In this document: in pieces, positions 55,059 through 64,000 of the stretch
How positions within the stretch are numbered: position 1 is the first letter of the stretch
Layout of the letters: each line of letters begins with the position of its first letter
Source of the DNA: Auanema rhodensis
Lineage: Eukaryota; Animalia; Nematoda
DNA length: 64,000 bases
Reading direction: 5' to 3'
Assembly (NCBI GenBank): GCA_964057225.1
Contig: OZ059896.1
Location: 4,650,001 to 4,714,000, forward strand
Program-made: the position numbers and the translations under genes
The notes under the pieces: model-generated
Told to the model about the DNA's origin: nothing
The model's input: the letters and a program-made list of their open reading frames with translations, nothing else
Database searches by the model: none

Positions 55059-58000
55059 GTCGATCTGTGTTATCAGATTTGCGCTAGCTTAAAAATGCAC
55101 CGAGATATCAACTGATATAAGTTCACACTTATATCCTCGATTTTCACCCTGAAGAATTAATTTTTTCGTTGAATAACATTGTCCATCGTTTTTGCCTTGA
55201 AAGAAGGAATCTAAAAACATCTACTTTTTGCTAAATTATTTTGAAATTTTTCGAAAAAATTTTTGTCAAAATGTTTTTGGAAGCAATTTTGAGTGTACAT
55301 GGAAACTCAACATACACTAATGCATCATTTTTCAAACGATCATAACTAATTTTTGTATTAAGCTTTTCTCAATGTAATATAGTGCATTCGATGCGGTTTT
55401 TTAAGCTGCGTCGATCTGTGTTATCAGATTTGCGCTAGCTTAAAAATGCACCGAGATATTAACTGATATAAGTTCACACTTATATCCTCGATTTTCACCC
55501 TGAAGAATTAATTTTTTCGTTGAATAACATTGTCCATCGTTTTTGCCTCAAAAAAAGGAATCTAAAAACATCTACTTTTTGCGAAATTATTTTGAAATTT
55601 TTCGAAAAAATTTTTGTCAAAATGTTTTTGGAAGCAATGTTGAGTGTACATGGAAACTCAACATACACTAATGCATCATTTTTCAAACGATCATAACTAA
55701 TTTTTGTATTGAGCGTTTCTCTATGTAATATAGTGCATTCGATGCGGACTTTTAAGCTGCGTCGATCTATGTTATCAGATTTGCGCTAGCTTAAAAATGC
55801 ACCGAGATATCAACTGATATAAGTTCACACTTATATCCTCGATTTTCACCCTGAAGAATTAATTTTTTCGTTGAATAACATTGTCCATCGTTTTTGCCTT
55901 GAAAGAAGGAATCTAAAAACATCTACTTTTTGCTAAATTATTTTGAAATTTTTCGAAAAAATTTTTGTCAAAATGTTTTTGGAAGCAATGTTGAGTGTAC
56001 ATGGAAACTCAACATACACTAATGCATCATTTTTCAAACGATCATAACTAATTTTTGTATTAAGCTTTTCTTAATGTAGTATAGTGCATTCGATGCGGAT
56101 TTTTAAGCTGCTTCGATCTGTGTTATCAGATTTGCGCTAGCTTAAAAATGCACCGAGATATCAACTGATATAAGTTCACACTTATATCCTCGATTTTCAC
56201 CCTGAAGAATTAATTTTTTCGTTGAATAACATTGTCCATCGTTTTTGCCTTGAAAGAAGGAATCTAAAAACATCTACTTTTTGCTAAATTATTTTGAAAT
56301 TTTTCGAAAAAATTTTTGTCAAAATGTTTTTGGAAGCAATGTTGAGTGTACATGGAAACTCAACATACACTAATGCATCATTTTTCAAACGATCATAACT
56401 AATTTTTGTATTAAGCTTTCCTTAATGTAATATAGTGCATTCGATGCGGATTTTTAAGCTGCGTCGATCTGTGTTATCAGATTTGCGCTAGCTTAAAAAT
56501 GCACCGAGATATTAACTGATATAAGTTCACACTTATATCCTCGATTTTCACCCTGAAGAATTAATTTTTTCGTTGAATAACATTGTCCATCGTTTTTGCC
56601 TTGAAAGAAGGAATCTAAAAACATCTACTTTTTGCTAAATTATTTTGAAATTTTTCGAAAAAATTTTTGTCAAAATGTTTTTGGAAGCAATTTTGAGTGT
56701 ACATGGAAACTCAACATACACTAATGCATCATTTTTCAAACGATCATAACTAATTTTTGTATTAAGCTTTTCTCAATGTAATATAGTGCATTCGATGCGG
56801 TTTTTTAAGCTGCGTCGATCTGTGTTATCAGATTTGCGCTAGCTTAAAAATGCACCGAGATATCAACTGATATAAGTTCACACTTATATCCTCGATTTTC
56901 ACCCTGAAGAATTAATTTTTTCGTTGAATAACATTGTCCATCGTTTTTGCCTTGAAAGAAGGAATCTAAAAACATCTACTTTTTGCTAAATTATTTTGAA
57001 ATTTTTCGAAAAAATTTTTGTCAAAATGTTTTTGGAAGCAATTTTGAGTGTACATGGAAACTCAACATACACTAATGCATCATTTTTCAAACGATCATAA
57101 CTAATTTTTGTATTAAGCTTTTCTCAATGTAATATAGTGCATTCGATGCGGTTTTTTAAGCTGCGTCGATCTGTGTTATCAGATTTGCGCTAGCTTAAAA
57201 ATGCACCGAGATATTAACTGATATAAGTTCACACTTATATCCTCGATTTTCACCCTGAAGAATTAATTTTTTCGTTGAATAACATTGTCCATCGTTTTTG
57301 CCTCAAAAAAAGGAATCTAAAAACATCTACTTTTTGCGAAATTATTTTGAAATTTTTCGAAAAAATTTTTGTCAAAATGTTTTTGGAAGCAATGTTGAGT
57401 GTACATGGAAACTCAACATACACTAATGCATCATTTTTCAAACGATCATAACTAATTTTTGTATTGAGCGTTTCTCTATGTAATATAGTGCATTCGATGC
57501 GGACTTTTAAGCTGCGTCGATCTATGTTATCAGATTTGCGCTAGCTTAAAAATGCACCGAGATATCAACTGATATAAGTTCACACTTATATCCTCGATTT
57601 TCACCCTGAAGAATTAATTTTTTCGTTGAATAACATTGTCCATCGTTTTTGCCTTGAAAGAAGGAATCTAAAAACATCTACTTTTTGCTAAATTATTTTG
57701 AAATTTTTCGAAAAAATTTTTGTCAAAATGTTTTTGGAAGCAATGTTGAGTGTACATGGAAACTCAACATACACTAATGCATCATTTTTCAAACGATCAT
57801 AACTAATTTTTGTATTAAGCTTTTCTTAATGTAGTATAGTGCATTCGATGCGGATTTTTAAGCTGCTTCGATCTGTGTTATCAGATTTGCGCTAGCTTAA
57901 AAATGCACCGAGATATCAACTGATATAAGTTCACACTTATATCCTCGATTTTCACCCTGAAGAATTAATTTTTTCGTTGAATAACATTGTCCATCGTTTT

Positions 58001-58568
58001 TGCCTTGAAAGAAGGAATCTAAAAACATCTACTTTTTGCTAAATTATTTTGAAATTTTTCGAAAAAATTTTTGTCAAAATGTTTTTGGAAGCAATGTTGA
58101 GTGTACATGGAAACTCAACATACACTAATGCATCATTTTTCAAACGATCATAACTAATTTTTGTATTAAGCTTTCCTTAATGTAATATAGTGCATTCGAT
58201 GCGGATTTTTAAGCTGCGTCGATCTGTGTTATCAGATTTGCGCTAGCTTAAAAATGCACCGAGATATTAACTGATATAAGTTCACACTTATATCCTCGAT
58301 TTTCACCCTGAAGAATTAATTTTTTCGTTGAATAACATTGTCCATCGTTTTTGCCTTGAAAGAAGGAATCTAAAAACATCTACTTTTTGCTAAATTATTT
58401 TGAAATTTTTCGAAAAAATTTTTGTCAAAATGTTTTTGGAAGCAATTTTGAGTGTACATGGAAACTCAACATACACTAATGCATCATTTTTCAAACGATC
58501 ATAACTAATTTTTGTATTAAGCTTTTCTCAATGTAATATAGTGCATTCGATGCGGTTTTTTAAGCTGC
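55059..58568. repeat. 5-mer tandem duplication (1755 bp x 2) of full-length monomers
   Basis: Monomers 55059/55410/55761/56112/56463 match 56814/57165/57516/57867/58218. The minus-strand ORFs at 55495 and 57250 are 1755 apart. Confidence 0.9.
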
Positions 58569-61500
58569 GTCGATCTGTGTTATCAGATTTGCGCTAGCTT
58601 AAAAATGCACCGAGATATTAACTGATATAAGTTCACACTTATATCCTCGATTTTCACCCTGAAGAATTAATTTTTTCGTTGAATAACATTGTCCATCGTT
58701 TTTGCCTCAAAAAAAGGAATCTAAAAACATCTACTTTTTGCGAAATTATTTTGAAATTTTTCGAAAAAGTTTTGTCAAAATGTTTTTGGAAGCAATGTTG
58801 AGTGTACATGGAAACTCAACATACACTAATGCATCATTTTTCAAACGATCATAACTAATTTTTGTGATGAGCGTTTCTCCATGTAGTATAATGCATTCGA
58901 TGCGGATTTTTAAGATGCTTCGATCTGTGTTATCAGATTTGCGCTAGCTTAAAAATGCACCGAGATATCAACTGATATAAGTTCACACTTATATCCTCGA
59001 TTTTCACCCTGAAGAATTAATTTTTTCGTTGAATAACATTGTCCATCGTTTTTGCCTTGAAAGAAGGAATCTAAAAACATCTACTTTTTGCTAAATTATT
59101 TTGAAATTTTTCGAAAAAATTTTTGTCAAAATGTTTTTGGAAGCAATTTTGAGTGTACATGGAAACTCAACATACACTAATGCATCATTTTTCAAACGAT
59201 CATAACTAATTTTTGTATTGAGCGTTTCTCTATGTAATATAGTGCATTCGATGCGGATTTTTAAGCTGCGTCGATCTGTGTTATCAGATTTGCGCTAGCT
59301 TAAAAATGCACCGAGATATTAACTGATATAAGTTCACACTTATATCTTCGATTTTCACCCTGAAGAATTAATTTTTTCGTTGAATAACATTGTCCATCGT
59401 TTTTGCTTTAAACAAAGGAATCTAAAAACATCTACTTTTTGCTAAATTATTTTGAAATTTTTCGAAAAAATTTTTGTCAAAATGTTTTTGGAAGCAATTT
59501 TGAGTGTACATGGAAACTCAACATACACTAATGCATCATTTTTCAAACGATCATAACTAAATTTTGTATTAAGCTTTTCTCAATGTAATATAGTGCATTC
59601 GATGCGGTTTTTTAAGCTGCGTCGATCTGTGTTATCAGATTTGCGCTAGCTTAAAAATGCACCGAGATATTAACTGATATAAGTTCACACTTATATCCTC
59701 GATTTTCACCCTGAAGAATTAATTTTTTCGTTGAATAACATTGTCCATCGTTTTTGCCTCAAAAAAAGGAATCTAAAAACATCTACTTTTTGCGAAATTA
59801 TTTTGAAATTTTTCGAAAAAATTTTGTCAAAATGTTTTTGGAAGCAATGTTGAGTGTACATGGAAACTCAACATACACTAATGCATCATTTTTCAAACGA
59901 TCATAACTAATTTTTGTGATGAGCGTTTCTCCATGTAGTATAATGCATTCGATGCGGATTTTTAAGCTGCGTCGATCTGTGTTATCAGATTTGCGCTAGC
60001 TTAAAAATGCACCGAGATATCAACTGATATAAGTTCACACTTATATCCTCGATTTTCACCCTGAAGAATTAATTTTTTCGTTGAATAACATTGTCCATCG
60101 TTTTTGCCTTGAAAGAAGGAATCTAAAAACATCTACTTTTTGCTAAATTATTTTGAAATTTTTCGAAAAAATTTTTGTCAAAATGTTTTTGGAAGCAATT
60201 TTGAGTGTACATGGAAACTCAACATACACTAATGCATCATTTTTCAAACAATCATAACTAATTTTTGTATTAAGCTTTCCTCCATGTAATATAGTGCATT
60301 CGATGCGGATTTTTAAGCTGCGTCGATCTGTGTTATCAGATTTGCGCTAGCTTAAAAATGCACCGAGATATCAACTGATATAAGTTCACACTTATATCCT
60401 CGATTTTCACCCTGAAGAATTAATTTTTTCGTTGAATAACATTGTCCATCGTTTTTGCCTTGAAAAAAGGAATCTAAAAACATCTACTTTTGGCTAAATT
60501 ATTTTGAAATTTTTCGAAAAAATTTTGTCAAAATGTTTTTGGAAGCAATTTTGAGTGTACATGGAAACTCAACATACACTAATGCATCATTTTTCAAACG
60601 ATCATAACTAATTTTTGTATTGAGCGTTTCTTAATGTATTATAGTGCATTCGATGCGGATTTTTAAGCTGCTTCGATCTGTGTTATCAGATTTGCGCTAG
60701 CTTAAAAATGCACCGAGATATCAACTGATATAAGTTCACACTTATATCCTCGATTTTCACCCTGAAGAATTAATTTTTTCGTTGAATAACATTGTCCATC
60801 GTTTTTGCCTCGAAAAAAGAAATCTAAAAACATCTACTTTTTGCTAAATTATTTTGAAATTTTTCGAAAAAATTTTTGTCAAAATGTTTTTGGAAGCAAT
60901 TTTGAGTGTACATGGAAACTGAACATACACTAATGCATCATTTTTCAAACAATCATAACTAATTTTTGTATTAAGCTTTCCTCAATGTAATATAGTGCAT
61001 TCGATGCGGATTTTTAAGCTGCTTCGATCTGTGTTATTAGATTTGCGCTAGCTTAAAAATGCACCGAGATATCAACTGATATAAGTTCACACTTATATCC
61101 TCGATTTTCACCCTGAAGAATTAATTTTTTCGTTGAATAACATTGTCCATCGTTTTTGCTTTGAAAGAAGGAATCTAAAAACATCTACTTTTTGCTAAAT
61201 TATTTTGAAATTTTTCGAAAAAATTTTTGTCAAAATGTTTTTGGAAGCAATTTTGAGTGTACATGGAAACTCAACATACACTAATGCATCATTTTTCAAA
61301 CGATCATAAATAATTTTTGTATTAAGCTTTTTTCAATGTAATATAGTGCATTCGATGCGTGTTTTTTAAGCTGCGTCGATCTGTGTTATCAGATTTGCGC
61401 TAGCTTAAAAATGCACCGAGATATTAACTGATATAAGTTCACACTTATATCCTCGATTTTCACCCTGAAGAATTAATTTTTTCGTTGAATAACATTGTCC

Positions 61501-64000
61501 ATCGTTTTTGCCTCAAAAAAAGGAATCTAAAAACATCTACTTTTTGCGAAATTATTTTGAAATTTTTCGAAAAAATTTTTGTCAAAATGTTTTTGGAAGC
61601 AATTTTGAGTGTACATGGAAACTGAACATACACTAATGCATCATTTTTCAAACGATCATAACTAATTTTTGTGATGAGCGTTTCTCCATGTAGTATAATG
61701 CATTCGATGCGTGTTTTTTAAGCTGCGTCGATCTGTGTTATCAGATTTGCGCTAGCTTAAAAATGCACCGAGATATCAACTGATATAAGTTCACACTTAT
61801 ATCCTCGATTTTCACCCTGAAGAATTAATTTTTTCGTTGAATAACATTGTCCATCGTTTTTGCCTTGAAAGAAGGAATCTAAAAACATCTACTTTTTGCT
61901 AAATTATTTTGAAATTTTTCGAAAAAATTTTTGTAAAAATGTTTTTGGAAGCAATTTTGAGTGTACATGGAAACTCAACATACACTAATGCATCATTTTT
62001 CAAACAATCATAACTAATTTTTGTATTAAGCTTTCCTCAATGTAATATAGTGCATTCGATGCGGATTTTTAAGCTGCTTCGATCTGTGTTATCAGATTTG
62101 CGCTAGCTTAAAAATGCACCGAGATATCAACTGATATAAGTTCACACTTATATCCTCGATTTTCACCCTGAAGAATTAATTTTTTCGTTGAATAACATTG
62201 TCCATCGTTTTTGCCTCGAAAAAAGGAATCTAAAAACATCTACTTTTTGCTAAATTATCTTGAAATTTTTCGAAAAAATTTTTGTCAAAATGTTTTTGGA
62301 AGCAATTTTGAGTGTACATGGAAACTCAACATACACTAATGCATCATTTTTCAAACAATCATAACTAATTTTTGTATTGAGCGTTTCTTAATGTATTATA
62401 GTGCATTCGATGCGGATTTTTAAGCTGCTTCGATCTGTGTTATCAGATTTGCGCTAGCTTAAAAATGCACCGAGATATCAACTGATATAAGTTCACACTT
62501 ATATCCTCGATTTTCACCCTGAAGAATTTATTTTTTCGTTGAATAACATTGTCCATCGTTTTTGCCTCGAAAAAAGGAATCTAAAAACATCTACTTTTTG
62601 CTAAATTATCTTGAAATTTTTCGAAAAAATTTTTGTCAAAATGTTTTTGGAAGCAATTTTGAGTGTACATGGAAACTCAACATACACTAATGCATCATTT
62701 TTCAAACAATCATAACTAATTTTTGTATTAAGCTTTCCTCAATGTAATATAGTGCATTCGATGCGGATTTTTAAGCTGCTTCGATCTGTGTTATTAGATT
62801 TGCGCTAGCTTAAAAATGCACCGAGATATCAACTGATATAAGTTCACACTTATATCCTCGATTTTCACCCTGAAGAATTAATTTTTTCGTTGAATAACAT
62901 TGTCCATCGTTTTTGCCTTGAAAGAAGGAATCTAAAAACATCTACTTTTTGCTAAATTATTTTGAAAAAATTTTTGTCAAAATGTTTTTGGAAGCAATTT
63001 TGAGTGTACATGGAAACTCAACATACACTAATGCATCATTTTTCAAACGATCATAACTAATTTTTGTGATGAGCGTTTCTCCATGTAGTATAATGCATTC
63101 GATGCGGATTTTTAAGCTGCGTCGATCTGTGTTATCAGATTTGCGCTAGCTTAAAAATGCACCGAGATATCAACTGATATAAGTTCACACTTATATCCTC
63201 GATTTTCACCCTGAAGAATTAATTTTTTCGTTGAATAACATTGTCCATCGTTTTTGCCTTGAAAGAAGGAATCTAAAAACATCTACTTTTTGCTAAATTA
63301 TTTTGAAATTTTTCGAAAAAATTTTTGTCAAAATGTTTTTGGAAGCAATTTTGAGTGTACATGGAAACTCAACATACACTAATGCATCATTTTTCAAACA
63401 ATCATAACTAATTTTTGTATTAAGCTTTCCTCAATGTAATATAGTGCATTCGATGCGGATTTTTAAGCTGCGTCGATCTGTGTTATCAGATTTGCGCTAG
63501 CTTAAAAATGCACCGAGATATCAACTGATATAAGTTCACACTTATATCCTCGATTTTCACCATGAAGAATTAATTTTTTCGTTGAATAACATTGTCCATC
63601 GTTTTTGCCTTGAAAAAAGGAATCTAAAAACATCTACTTTTTGCTAAATTATCTTGAAATTTTTCGAAAAAATTTTTGTCAAAATGTTTTTGGAAGCAAT
63701 TTTGAGTGTACATGGAAACTCAACATACACTAATGCATCATTTTTCAAACAATCATAACTAATTTTTGTATTAAGCTTTCCTCAATGTAATATAGTGCAT
63801 TCGATGCGGATTTTTAAGCTGCGTCGATCTGTGTTATCAGATTTGCGCTAGCTTAAAAATGCACCGAGATATCAACTGATATAAGTTCACACTTATATCC
63901 TCGATTTTCACCCTGAAGAATTAATTTTTTCGTTGAATAACATTGTCCATCGTTTTTGCCTTGAAAAAAGGAATCTAAAAACATCTACTTTTTGCTAAAT

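Larger units (their letters stand above)
1..64000. repeat. Tandem satellite DNA array, 351-bp AT-rich monomer, about 182.5 head-to-tail copies, open at both window ends
   Basis: The motif (g/t)TCGATCTRTGTTATCAGATTTGCGCTAGC recurs at 1, 352, 702, 1053, 1404, 1755, 2106 ... 63121, 63472, 63823. Length bookkeeping closes exactly: 182x351 - 44 (short alleles) - 19 (two deletions) + 3 (insertions) = 63822. No non-satellite sequence or inverted segment was seen. Confidence 0.99.

Noticed and set aside
29541-61651. Seven 63-aa minus-strand ORFs
   Set aside because: They start at TTG, are open in only 7 of 182 monomers through chance allele combinations, and show no protein motif.
1-64000. CRISPR array or repeat-spacer/cassette system
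   Set aside because: The unit is 351 bp with no unique spacers. The variable segment consists of alignable alleles of one sequence, and no cas, recombinase or other gene is present.

Overview
The whole 64 kb window is one uninterrupted head-to-tail satellite DNA array, with no genes, transposons, RNA genes or CRISPR arrays. The monomer is 351 bp and about 32% GC (112/351 in monomer 1). Counting from an arbitrary start at position 1, there are 182 complete monomers plus a 178-bp partial copy, all in the same orientation. 44 monomers carry a 1-bp T deletion (350-bp allele), two carry 9- and 10-bp deletions, and three carry 1-bp insertions. Monomers differ at about 20 recurrent diagnostic sites. 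These define local higher-order repeats (2-, 3-, 4-, 5-, 6- and 10-mers) that replace one another along the array, plus allele domains at the 10-30 kb scale. The monomer is built largely from imperfect inverted repeats and A/T tracts. This is most likely eukaryotic centromeric or pericentromeric heterochromatin, but the species and centromere function cannot be read from the sequence. All nine supplied ORFs are chance read-throughs of monomer variants. I found no support for a novel coding system; the interesting content is structural and evolutionary.
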